A stretch of DNA of 32,000 nt from Zestosphaera tikiterensis. Its GTDB lineage: Archaea > Thermoproteota > Thermoprotei_A > Sulfolobales > NBVN01. This document shows, piece after piece, positions 16,933 to 25,478 of the stretch. The notes beneath the pieces were generated by a model. The model was not told where the DNA came from, ran no database searches, and was given only the letters and a program-made list of their open reading frames with translations. Each line of letters begins with the position of its first letter. Positions within the stretch are counted from its first letter, which is position 1. The position numbers were made by a program, and so were the translations under genes. The stretch spans positions 60,001-92,000 of the forward strand of contig NBVN01000002.1 in assembly GCA_003056265.1 (NCBI GenBank), read 5' to 3'.

Positions 16933-17127
16933 TTAACCCTTATTGACATTATTAATTTCCTCCTCGTCGTAGAATTTCGGGTTTAAACATATTACGTTGT
17001 ATTCCTGCTTAACGTAATTTCTATAAACTACGCAGGATTGATGGCACTTACATATCTTACGGCAGAAAATCGCTACAACACCTAAGTCCTTAAACTCATA
17101 AACGACCCTAACCTTCCTCCTACTCAA
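16933..17127 (-). CDS. possible small Cys-rich protein (64 aa)
   Basis: The ORF has a TTG start and contains CRKICKCHQSC. It is convergent with the helicase gene. No homology recognised, so it may not be expressed. Confidence 0.25.
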   Translation of the reverse strand: MSRRKVRVVYEFKDLGVVAIFCRKICKCHQSCVVYRNYVKQEYNVICLNPKFYDEEEINNVNKG

Positions 17128-17404
17128 AAACGCTCGCCTTTCTTAAGGGGGTTAGGAAGTTGAAAACGTAGATCATGCTTGCATTCAATTACCCGTAGTA
17201 AAAAGTAAGACTTGATAGTTGAATTTTATTGGGTTAAACGGGAGCTTTACCTATTGTTTCAACCTACTGAAAAGCTGATCTCGGAAACTAGGATTTCCCT
17301 ACCCTCCTAACATCCTATCTTATCCTCCTTAACTAACCCCTAACGTAATCTTAGAAAGTCTGCTGACGTTGGTTTAGCTTATGTGAGGTGTTCTTGTTGT
17401 GTCT

Positions 17405-17422
17405 TTTGATAAGCTTATCAAA
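17405..17422. repeat. perfect 18-bp palindrome TTTGATAAGCTTATCAAA
   Basis: Read directly from the sequence. It lies in a 390-bp non-coding stretch just downstream of the 3' end of the minus-strand membrane-protein gene (stop at 17518). Confidence 0.5.
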
Positions 17423-17517
17423 GACTTGAGAGTCTAATGCCTGGCGTGAAGCATAGATTAAAATGTATTGTCTTAAAATAACTTGTTTTTCTTAGCTGTG
17501 TTTTAGTTGCGTTTTGC

Positions 17518-17901
17518 TTATCTTCTTAACGCTCCCCCTACTAACCCTCCTATTGTTGTTAATATGGCGATGGTTATCGTTAAGGCTAACCCTCCCAGGA
17601 ACCCTATTGCTAAACCTATTACAGCACCTAGTAAGCCTTTTAAAACGCCTCCAAGTATTGAAAGCAGTATGCCTAAGGCTATAGCGCCTATAGATCCTGA
17701 AAGAAAACCGGCTACTAACCCTCTAGTAGCACCTCTAGCTATAAGACCGGCTATTAAACCAGATGCGAAAGGCCCTACGATAGGTATCCACCCTAAAACA
17801 AACAACGTTAAAACACCGCATAAAACACCTAAACCAACACTACCCCTACCCAAAAACACCACCCTAAAATACCTTACCTCCGTTAAGATATAACGTTTCA
17901 T
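17518..17901 (-). CDS. Gly/Ala/Leu-rich integral membrane protein (127 aa)
   Basis: ATG start. Repeated GxxxG-type hydrophobic helices (GLIAGLIARG, GAIALGILLSILGG, AVIGLAIGFLGGLALTITIAIL). The opposite strand is also open (17507-17893) but encodes a Pro/Lys/Ala-rich low-complexity product. Confidence 0.55.
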   Translation of the reverse strand: MKRYILTEVRYFRVVFLGRGSVGLGVLCGVLTLFVLGWIPIVGPFASGLIAGLIARGATRGLVAGFLSGSIGAIALGILLSILGGVLKGLLGAVIGLAIGFLGGLALTITIAILTTIGGLVGGALRR

Positions 17902-18276
17902 CTACTAAACCTCTTCAAACATGTGTTTAAGCAGTGTTTGAATTGACGATTAACGTAGACATGGTTAGGGATGGTGAGGCGAGCTACTTATAGCTTTTAT
18001 GTCCTACGTATGGATTACAATTTACTTTTATAGAGTTGCTGAGTTAAGATCTAAAATCTAACGATGTCTTAAAACCGTAAGGGTTTTGTAGCGCTATGTT
18101 TACACGTTTAAAGGGTAGTATATTCTTTGTGAATTTAATTTAAAGATTAATATATTTCAAATGTTAAAATACTTGGTGGTTAATACGTTCTCAAGCCTAA
18201 TTGTGTGGTTGGGAGATCCGCACTTAAGAAGGGGGAGTTCACCCACTTCATCGCTTTCCTATGGAGGTTGATGTAA

Positions 18277-19890
18277 GTGGGCTACACCAACTTAATTAAC
18301 AAGTTTTTAACAGCGGATTTAGTGATCGTGGGTGGTGGGTTAGCTGGTTTATCGAGTGTGTTGTTTACAGACCTATTATTTAACGATGAATTAAAAGAGC
18401 GTACATCAGTGGTTTTAATTTCTAAGTCTTCTTTAGGGTTTGCTACCTCAACTTACTACTCAGAGGGTGTTTTCCGCTGTCCAGTTAACGGTTATTCTCG
18501 CGAGGCTTATTTAAGGGATGTTTTAGAAAGTGGTAGATATGTTAATAGGAGGCCGTTAGTTAATGCTTTAGTGTCTGAGTCTTTAGAAAGTGTTTTATTG
18601 CTTGAGAAGGTGGGGATTAAGTTTAAGTCGTCTAAAGGTTTTTTACGTGTTGTTAGTGATGACCTCATATTCCCTGGTAAGGAGTTGGTTCTAGCGCTTA
18701 GGAGTTATGTATTAAGTAAAAAGAACGTTAAAATCTTAGAAAATACTTACGTTTTAGACGTTATTCTTGGAAGCAACGGTAGTTTTTACGTAATATGCTT
18801 ATCAGGTAATGGCGATTGGATCTTAATCAATAGTAAGGTAGTATTGTTAGCTACCGGCGGTGCTGCTAACGTTTACATAAGAAGTGATAATCCCTCACAA
18901 CACACGTGTGACGGACACGGCATAGCGTTAAGGTTAGGATTACCCTTAATCGATATGGAGTTTATTCAATTCTTCCCGCTAGGTATAGCGGTTGAGGGAA
19001 GACCTAGTTTAATGATAGGCTTCACTAAAGGAAAACTCGTTAATGGAAGAGGAGAGGATTTGATTAAGAAATACGGGCTTGATAGCTTAGGTAGGGCAGT
19101 GGTTTACCATAGGGATAAACTATCTAGGTATATGATGAAGGAAGTTAACGATGGTAACGACGTTAACGGTGCTTTACTGCTTTACCCAGACCTTCAAGAA
19201 GATAGGCTTTCCTCAGGATATGTTTTAATGAGGCGTCTTAACTTAAGCCCTCCTATTAAAGTCTTACCAACGGCTCACTTCTCAATGGGTGGTGTTGAAG
19301 TTGATGAGCACTGCAGAACGGCAATTAAAGGTTTTTACGCTGTAGGTGAGCTTATGGGTGGTGTTCACGGAGCTAATAGACTTGGTGGAAACGCATTAAC
19401 TGCTTGTGTGGTTTTCGCTAAGAAAGCTGTTGAAGATATTAAAAACTACATCGAAAAAGAATTTAAGGATAGCGTAGGACGTCAGGTAGATACTGAGGTT
19501 TTAAGAAACGTTATTGAGAGATATAACGTGAGAGAAGGGCCTTACGACGCCGGCAACTTAAGGAATGAAATCCGCAGTATTATGTGGAGTAAAGTAGGCG
19601 TTATAAGATCAGCGCAAACCATTAGCGAAAGCATTAATGAGCTTTCAAACATTCTTGAAAACCTACATAAGATAAGGATCGTCACCCGCCATGACGTAGT
19701 AAAATATGTGGAAGTGGAGAACACGTTATTAACGTCGTTAGCAATAGCTCACGCGTCGTTAACACGAACTGAAAGTAGGGGAAGCCATTATAGAGTTGAC
19801 TACCCAAACGAAGACCCAAACTGGATTAAAAACATAATAATCAAATACAACAACGGAAGATATACAATCAACGTAGAGCAAGTAAAGTAG
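18277..19890 (+). CDS. FAD-dependent oxidoreductase of the L-aspartate oxidase / succinate dehydrogenase flavoprotein family
   Basis: Dinucleotide fold DLVIVGGGLAGLSS, then HFSMGGVEVDEHCRT-IKGFYAVGE..GGVHGANRLGGNAL and ESRGSHYRVDYP. The size (537 aa) fits NadB-like enzymes. No nadA or nadC lies nearby, so the substrate is uncertain. GTG start. Confidence 0.75.
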   Translation: MGYTNLINKFLTADLVIVGGGLAGLSSVLFTDLLFNDELKERTSVVLISKSSLGFATSTYYSEGVFRCPVNGYSREAYLRDVLESGRYVNRRPLVNALVSESLESVLLLEKVGIKFKSSKGFLRVVSDDLIFPGKELVLALRSYVLSKKNVKILENTYVLDVILGSNGSFYVICLSGNGDWILINSKVVLLATGGAANVYIRSDNPSQHTCDGHGIALRLGLPLIDMEFIQFFPLGIAVEGRPSLMIGFTKGKLVNGRGEDLIKKYGLDSLGRAVVYHRDKLSRYMMKEVNDGNDVNGALLLYPDLQEDRLSSGYVLMRRLNLSPPIKVLPTAHFSMGGVEVDEHCRTAIKGFYAVGELMGGVHGANRLGGNALTACVVFAKKAVEDIKNYIEKEFKDSVGRQVDTEVLRNVIERYNVREGPYDAGNLRNEIRSIMWSKVGVIRSAQTISESINELSNILENLHKIRIVTRHDVVKYVEVENTLLTSLAIAHASLTRTESRGSHYRVDYPNEDPNWIKNIIIKYNNGRYTINVEQVK

Positions 19891-20052
19891 AAGACAGGAT
19901 GTGTGGCTAATTAACTTATCTTAGATTCTTCTATCAACCTAGTTTACATTTAATTAACGACTTACACTACGTAAACACTTTTGGCTCTACTTTAAGCAAT
20001 TCCCTTGCATTATTACTGAGAATCTCATTATTACGTCAAGCGGTGTGGGAGC

Positions 20053-20565
20053 TTAAACAGCTGTAGCGAGGCGGGTGGGGGAAATATTTTGAGGGTTTTC
20101 AGTTTGTTGTTTATTGTTTGTGGTGCTTTCCTTGACTGCGATGATTATGAGTATGGTGCCTATGGTGAGTAGTGCTAGGCCTGCGACGATGTTGGTTGGG
20201 AGTGTTATGTATGTCCATAACTGCCTGAGCAGATCTATTAATGATTTTAGTTTGGAAGTTATTACTAAAGCGCCAACCACTATTAAGGCTATGCCTATAG
20301 ACAGTAAAGCTATTTTAGTAGCTTCTCTAGCTTTTGAAGGTACCTCCTTAACAACCTCGCCTTCACCGCTTTTAACTTCCTCAGGAGCTTCAGGCATTAA
20401 CACGCAAGCAGCTATGTAGAGTAATATAGCCGCTCCAGGATTAACAAGAAATAAAGCCACAACAGCCAACCTAATAAGTACGGGATCCACACGTAAATAC
20501 TCAGCTAAACCACCACAAACACCGCAAAACACCCTCTCCTTCCTACTTCTGAAGAGTCTCCTCAC
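20053..20565 (-). CDS. PspC-domain membrane protein
   Basis: The N-terminus RLFRSRKERVFCGVCGGLAEYLRVDPVLIRLAVVALFL is the classic PspC domain, followed by TM helices. GTG start. Confidence 0.75.
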   Translation of the reverse strand: MRRLFRSRKERVFCGVCGGLAEYLRVDPVLIRLAVVALFLVNPGAAILLYIAACVLMPEAPEEVKSGEGEVVKEVPSKAREATKIALLSIGIALIVVGALVITSKLKSLIDLLRQLWTYITLPTNIVAGLALLTIGTILIIIAVKESTTNNKQQTENPQNISPTRLATAV

Positions 20566-20805
20566 ATAACAGCCCCTCCCGACTTCATTCTATTATCTTA
20601 AATTAACCCTAAGACTTATAAAACTTACGAAGGAGATCCCCTGCCATTACCTGATTTATGACGTGAAACATGCATTGGTTAACTTACTGGCTTCGACTCT
20701 AGGAGTTAAAGTTAACTAACGAAATCGTGGGGAGGTTGGGTGTTAAGGCAGTACTTTCCCAGGGTTTAAGATATTGTTTGGATCTAGAGGTGTGACCCTT
20801 GTGTT

Positions 20806-20932
20806 GGGTCTTCATCCCTCATGTATTCCCCCACCCCCGCCTTTTGGGAGCCTGGCTTCATTGCCTTAGACTCCCGCATCGCTTTACTAGACTCCCTTAG
20901 GCGAATGTGGAGGGGTTTAGGGGTCTTCATCC
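20806..20932 (+). repeat. direct repeats in a 470-bp non-coding region: GGGTCTTCATCC x2 (20806-20817, 20921-20932) enclosing TAGACTCCC x2 (20867-20875, 20888-20896)
   Basis: Read directly from the sequence. The region is relatively GC-rich, has no convincing ORF, and lies immediately upstream of the TnpB-like two-gene unit. Confidence 0.5.
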
Positions 20933-21038
20933 TTATCTCGCAACTGCTCATCGCTCGTCAGAGCCCCTACATCCCGTATTACTTACTTGTAGTAACACTT
21001 ATAAGCTTTTCTGTTGATACTTATATGTAGGTGTGTTG

Positions 21039-21203
21039 ATGGCTAGAATCATGAGTTTTAGGGCTAGGATCACGAGGCATGGAACTGCTAGGGGGAGACC
21101 TAGATACGCGGTCCTGATCCCCATGGAGTTGAGTGAGAAGGTGGAGAAGGAGGGTTGGATTCATAGGGAGGTCGAGGTGATAATTGTTGAGCCAGATGCC
21201 TAG
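21039..21203 (+). CDS. small ORF (54 aa), possibly an AbrB/SpoVT-like DNA binder
   Basis: Too short for the ORF track. It translates as MARIMSFRARITRHGTARGRPRYAVLIPMELSEKVEKEGWIHREVEVIIVEPDA. Its stop (TAG 21201-21203) overlaps the ATG (21196) of the TnpB-like gene. The R-x-Y-V-x-IP-x-EL-x-EKV pattern recalls swapped-hairpin AbrB-type domains, but the match is weak. Confidence 0.4.
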   Translation: MARIMSFRARITRHGTARGRPRYAVLIPMELSEKVEKEGWIHREVEVIIVEPDA

Positions 21204-22278
21204 GATCATAGCTGACAAAGAAACATTGGAGCAATTCCAGTTCGTAACAATAAATGGGAGGCTGATCCCGAAGACTGGCGAAGACTTCATGAAGCTCTGC
21301 TTCCTAGCATACCGATTCAGGGAAAGCGTCAGACACGAATTGAATTTAGTGTTCAGAGATGTTCCACAGAGGGATGCATACAAAGAGCTCGCTAAGATGC
21401 TTCCGAGCAGTATCTATGGAGAGACCGCGTATAAGTATGCTAAGCTCCTAGCCGAGGGAAGTAAGGGGAAGATTAAGGTCAGAAGGATTTGGGTAGCGTC
21501 CAGAGGTGGTGTAACGTGGGGAGGGAATCTGAATATTAGGTTGGCGTCGTCGAACAGAGTCCTTGTGAGATACTACGGCGGTGAATGGATAGAGCTTGAA
21601 TCCAGATTTGGGAAGAAATACATTCCGCTCATAGAGGAGCTCATAAAGCTTGCAAAGGGTAGGAAAGAGAGCTACGGAGTTGTGATAAGCTTTAGAAATG
21701 GAAAGATGTACATACATCTCGAAGTCCCTCTACATCTCTACTTGAAACACTTCTCAGAGCCTAAGCAGAGGGGTTATAACTTGGTTGCTGGGTTCGATGT
21801 TAATAGTGATAGAGTAAATGTTGCAGTACTGGACATCAACGCTAGTATTGTTGCCCTTAGAACGTTCTGGTATTCTGAGGTAACCTCACACGGCTTTCCC
21901 GCAGAGAGGGCTAAGTGGATTAGGCTCAATGCATTATCCAATGCTTTAAAGTGGTGTAGGAGTATAGGTGTAGACTTCGTAGTATTTGAGGATTTAACCA
22001 AGGTTAAGAAGAGGCGTTTTACAGGTAATTCGAATGCGAACCGCAAAATATCTAAATTCGCTAAGAAACAGATAATAAGACACGGAGTACTGAAAGCTCT
22101 GAAGATAGGCTTCACAGTCATCTTAGTAAACCCAGAGAAGACCACGAATAGTTTAACCCATAAACAGATAATGAAGGAGAAAGGACTAGACAGACACATG
22201 GCTAGCGCATACATCACCGCATACAGAGGGATAAAGAAAATCAAAGAGCAGAAAACCGCAACGACACCACCAACATAA
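21196..22278 (+). CDS. TnpB / IS605 OrfB-like RuvC-fold protein lacking the usual zinc finger
   Basis: RuvC I is NLVAGFDVNSDRVNVAV and RuvC II is DFVVFEDL. These are followed by KALKIGFTVILVNPEKTTNS and RuvC III GLDRHMASAYITAY. An upstream WED-like strand reads SYGVVISFRNGKMYIHLEV. No CxxC pairs occur between RuvC II and III. The open frame begins at 21184, and I prefer ATG 21196. Confidence 0.65.
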   Translation: MPRIIADKETLEQFQFVTINGRLIPKTGEDFMKLCFLAYRFRESVRHELNLVFRDVPQRDAYKELAKMLPSSIYGETAYKYAKLLAEGSKGKIKVRRIWVASRGGVTWGGNLNIRLASSNRVLVRYYGGEWIELESRFGKKYIPLIEELIKLAKGRKESYGVVISFRNGKMYIHLEVPLHLYLKHFSEPKQRGYNLVAGFDVNSDRVNVAVLDINASIVALRTFWYSEVTSHGFPAERAKWIRLNALSNALKWCRSIGVDFVVFEDLTKVKKRRFTGNSNANRKISKFAKKQIIRHGVLKALKIGFTVILVNPEKTTNSLTHKQIMKEKGLDRHMASAYITAYRGIKKIKEQKTATTPPT

Positions 22279-22290
22279 AACAATCATTCT

Positions 22291-23664
22291 TTAATGAGAC
22301 GGAGTAGTTTCTAGAACTTTCTTTATTTTTCTTAACGTTTCTATGGCTTCGTTGCTTAAGTTGAGTTTAAGGTATTTCTTCCTAGCTTCACCTACCCCAT
22401 GCTCTCCGGTTGTAACGCCGCCTAACTTAACGGCTATTTGATACATTTCCATCCTTAGTTTTTCATATTGTTCTTTAGTCCATCCCTCCTTTACCGGTAT
22501 GACTGGGTGTAAGTTACCGTCTGCGGCATGCCCGAATAAGGGGATGTATATGTCGTATTTTCTCTCTAGTTTCTCCAGTTCTTCAATAAGCTTTCCTATG
22601 TTGGCTGGAGGTACTGTAATGTCTGGTGAGTCTTCCATATATGGTTTTAACGTCGGGTAGATCTCACTCCTGATTTTCAATATGTTGGTTTGCTCTTCAG
22701 GTGTTTCAGCAAGTAGAGGTTCTAAAGAGCCGTTTTTCCTACATATCGACGCTATCTCCTCAAGTTGAGCGTATAACGTATCTTCATTGAACTCCGCCAA
22801 CATAATCAGTAGGTAGTACTCACCTTCCTTAGAAGGCCATTCCAACCCTAAACGCTTAGCTGTTAACTCAACTTCTTTCTTCTGCACGTATTCAATACCT
22901 AACGGGATTATACCGCTCTGTAGGATTTCAGGAACTGTGTTTAAGCAAGCACGCCTATCGTTGAATGGAACTACCATAGTTGCTGTAGCTTTATACTGCG
23001 GCGACAGTCTAAGAACAGCTTTAGTTATTACGCCGAGTATGCCTTCAGTACCTATGAAGAGATGCATTAACTTACCAGCTCCAGTATTATCCTTCACTAA
23101 CCTCCCACCTAAACGTAGTATCTCCCCCGTGGGGAGCACGACTTCAAGACCTAACACGTAGTTCCTCATAGGGCCTGTCCTCACGGCCCTAGCTCCAACA
23201 GCGTTGCATGCTATAAGCCCTCCTATCTGAGCACCTTCATCTCCTGGGTGGGGCGGGAAGAAAAACCCTTCCTTAGCTGCGGCTTTCAACAACTCCCCGA
23301 GGGTGACGCCAGCCCCCACCACGGCCATTAAGTTTTCCTTATCTATTTCTATTTCCTTCATTCTCTCCATAGATATTACCACACCAGGCTTCGAAGGCAC
23401 ACAACCACACGCAAGTCCCGTACCACCCCCTCTTACGTAAACAGGCACCCCCTCACGATTAGCTAACTTTAAAATCTCAGAAACTTCCTGAGCGTTAACA
23501 GGCTTCACGACAACGACGTCCGTCGCCGGCGCCGGCTCAACCTTCACGCCCGGCTCGGTTTCATCCTCTAAATAACTTTTCACAGCCTCCGGATTGTTAA
23601 CGACCCAATCATCACCTACTATATTCTTTAAGGCTTCAACTATATCTTCCCTCATCCCCCGCAT
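22291..23664 (-). CDS. FAD-linked oxidase (GlcD / D-lactate dehydrogenase family)
   Basis: 457 aa. The PCMH-type FAD-binding region is VYVRGGGTGLACGCVP...GVTLGELL. The C-terminal region is HAADGNLHP...GGVTTGEHGVGEARKKYL. Confidence 0.8.
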   Translation of the reverse strand: MRGMREDIVEALKNIVGDDWVVNNPEAVKSYLEDETEPGVKVEPAPATDVVVVKPVNAQEVSEILKLANREGVPVYVRGGGTGLACGCVPSKPGVVISMERMKEIEIDKENLMAVVGAGVTLGELLKAAAKEGFFFPPHPGDEGAQIGGLIACNAVGARAVRTGPMRNYVLGLEVVLPTGEILRLGGRLVKDNTGAGKLMHLFIGTEGILGVITKAVLRLSPQYKATATMVVPFNDRRACLNTVPEILQSGIIPLGIEYVQKKEVELTAKRLGLEWPSKEGEYYLLIMLAEFNEDTLYAQLEEIASICRKNGSLEPLLAETPEEQTNILKIRSEIYPTLKPYMEDSPDITVPPANIGKLIEELEKLERKYDIYIPLFGHAADGNLHPVIPVKEGWTKEQYEKLRMEMYQIAVKLGGVTTGEHGVGEARKKYLKLNLSNEAIETLRKIKKVLETTPSH

Positions 23665-23678
23665 CCCTCTTTCAACTT

Positions 23679-24647
23679 CTATAACTTCATCTTCCTCAAC
23701 TTTATTTTTTCGATTGGTTTAGGGATGACTTCATATAGATCTCCAACAACGCCGTAATCAGCTACGTTGAATATCGGTGCGGATGGATCTACATTTATCG
23801 CCACGACGATCTCCGAATCCTTCATACCTGCTAGGTGTTGGGGGCTGCCGGAAATACCTACCGCTACGTAAAGCTTTGGTTTAACTATATTACCGCTGAA
23901 CCCAACCTGACGATCTTTTGAGGCCCAACCCTCATCAACTAAAGGCCTGCTAACCCCCACAACACCGCCTAAAAGGCTGGCTAACTCCTCCAACATTTTA
24001 AGGTCGTCCGGCCTCCTCAACCCCCTACCGCCGGCAACGACGACTCCCGCGTCTGAAATGTTAACGGCTTCCCTAGGTATCTTCCCTAAGATCTTCGTCC
24101 CCGTATCTTCCACGACCTTAACCTCCTTCTCTATTATTTCACCTTTTCTCATCGGATCCCTCTCCCTAGCTTTAAACACTTTATACCTAACCGTAGTCAT
24201 TACGGGTTTTGTCTTGGTTTTTATGTAGGCGAGGATGTTACCTGTGAAAGCAGGCCTAACTTGAATTAACTCCCCATCCTCATCTAACTGTAGGTCAATG
24301 CAGTCGGCGGTTAACCCCGTATTTAACGCCGCCGCTATTCTAGGAGCTAAAGACCTCCCTAAATGCGTCGCACCTATTAAGACTATCTCAGGTTTCTCTT
24401 CTCTTATTAAACTCACTATGTTCTGCTTATATAGAATTGAATCAAACTCCTTAAGTGTGGGGTGGTCGAATATGAACACTTTATCAGCTCCGTAGTAGAT
24501 AAGTTCTTTAGCTTCTTCCCTTATTTGATGCCCTAATATAACGCTGGATAGCTCAACCTCTTTCCTATCTGCTAACTCCCTCCCCTTACTTAATAATTCA
24601 AACGTAACTGGGTGGATTTTCCCGTTATGTTGCTCAGCAAATACCAT
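23679..24647 (-). CDS. etfA: electron transfer flavoprotein, alpha subunit
   Basis: VVAGGRGL...LGGVVGVSRPLVDEGW...QVGFSGNIVKPKLYVAVGISGSPQHLAGMKDSEIVVAINVDPSAPIF is the canonical EtfA FAD-binding C-terminal domain. Confidence 0.85.
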   Translation of the reverse strand: MVFAEQHNGKIHPVTFELLSKGRELADRKEVELSSVILGHQIREEAKELIYYGADKVFIFDHPTLKEFDSILYKQNIVSLIREEKPEIVLIGATHLGRSLAPRIAAALNTGLTADCIDLQLDEDGELIQVRPAFTGNILAYIKTKTKPVMTTVRYKVFKARERDPMRKGEIIEKEVKVVEDTGTKILGKIPREAVNISDAGVVVAGGRGLRRPDDLKMLEELASLLGGVVGVSRPLVDEGWASKDRQVGFSGNIVKPKLYVAVGISGSPQHLAGMKDSEIVVAINVDPSAPIFNVADYGVVGDLYEVIPKPIEKIKLRKMKL

Positions 24648-24674
24648 TATACCCTTATATTCACTTATTCTTAA

Positions 24675-25478
24675 TCACCTCAGAAGTCCCTCCATCTCTA
24701 AAGCCTCTATAAGCTTGTCGACTGCGTCTTCCCCTTTGAAGATCTGGCTTCTCCTCTTTTTCATTGGAGGAACTAAAACCTTAACAACTTGAGTTGGCGA
24801 GCCGGAAAACCCAAACCTGCTCACGTCGGCAACGTCCGCAAGGTCGTCAGCGCTCCAAACCTCTACCTTCGCTTTCCTAGCTTTCAACTTATCCTTTAAG
24901 GTCGGCAGTCTAGGTTTGTTAACGTCCTTCGTAACGGTAATTAACCCGGGGAGTTTTAACTCCATTAAGTACGGAGCCCCCAACTCCGACACAACTAGTA
25001 ACTTCTCTTTCGTTACTTCCCTTATTTCCGTGACGTAAGCTATGTGTGGAATGCCTAACATCTCAGCAACTTCAGGGCCGACCTGCCCGGTATCCCCATC
25101 AACCGTCTTCTCCCCGCAGATTATCAAGTTAAACCTCCCTAATTTTCTAATAGCGCTGGCTAAAGCGTAAGACGTTGCTAACGTATCAGCACCGGCGAAC
25201 CTCCTATCCGTAAGTAAGACCGCCCTATCCGCACCCCTAGCTATAGCATCTCTTAAAACGGATTCCGCCGCCGGAGGCGCCATACTAACCGCCGTTACCT
25301 CCCCACCCAACTTCTCTTTTATCTGTACGGCAGCTTCAAGAGCGTTTAAATCAAATGGGTTTATCTCTAAAGGAGCTGAAGACCTATCCACAACACCCTT
25401 CTCAACATCAAACCTTACTTTCTCCATGTCCGGGACTGGCTTAATAAGCACCACTATATGAAATTCGTTATCTGTCAT
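24675..25478 (-). CDS. etfB: electron transfer flavoprotein, beta subunit
   Basis: IVVLIKPVPD...INPFDLNALEAA...LIICGEKTVDGDTGQVGPEVAEMLGIPH is the canonical EtfB pattern. Confidence 0.85.
   Translation of the reverse strand: MTDNEFHIVVLIKPVPDMEKVRFDVEKGVVDRSSAPLEINPFDLNALEAAVQIKEKLGGEVTAVSMAPPAAESVLRDAIARGADRAVLLTDRRFAGADTLATSYALASAIRKLGRFNLIICGEKTVDGDTGQVGPEVAEMLGIPHIAYVTEIREVTKEKLLVVSELGAPYLMELKLPGLITVTKDVNKPRLPTLKDKLKARKAKVEVWSADDLADVADVSRFGFSGSPTQVVKVLVPPMKKRRSQIFKGEDAVDKLIEALEMEGLLR

Noticed and set aside
5384-17517. tRNA-Gln as the integration site of the downstream island
   Set aside because: I looked for a second copy of the tRNA 3' segment (GGTTCGAATCCCCGCCCGGCT) elsewhere in the window and found none. 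Two apparently core metabolic genes separate the tRNA from the island, and no integrase is present.
17507-17893. 128-aa plus-strand ORF mirroring the Gly-rich membrane protein
   Set aside because: Both strands are open because GGN/GCN-rich codons read as NCC/NGC antisense. The minus frame has an ATG start and coherent TM helices, while the plus frame gives a Pro/Lys/Ala low-complexity product. This choice is not certain.
20821-21030. 69-aa plus-strand ORF in the repeat-bearing intergenic region
   Set aside because: It has no recognisable product and spans the direct repeats. I treat the region as non-coding (see the finding), though expression cannot be excluded.
21021-22283. Minus-strand ORFs 21021-21383, 21448-21717 and 21774-22283
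   Set aside because: They are antisense to the TnpB-like frame, which has the RuvC D-E-D motifs. The products are low-complexity or hydrophobic shadow sequences.
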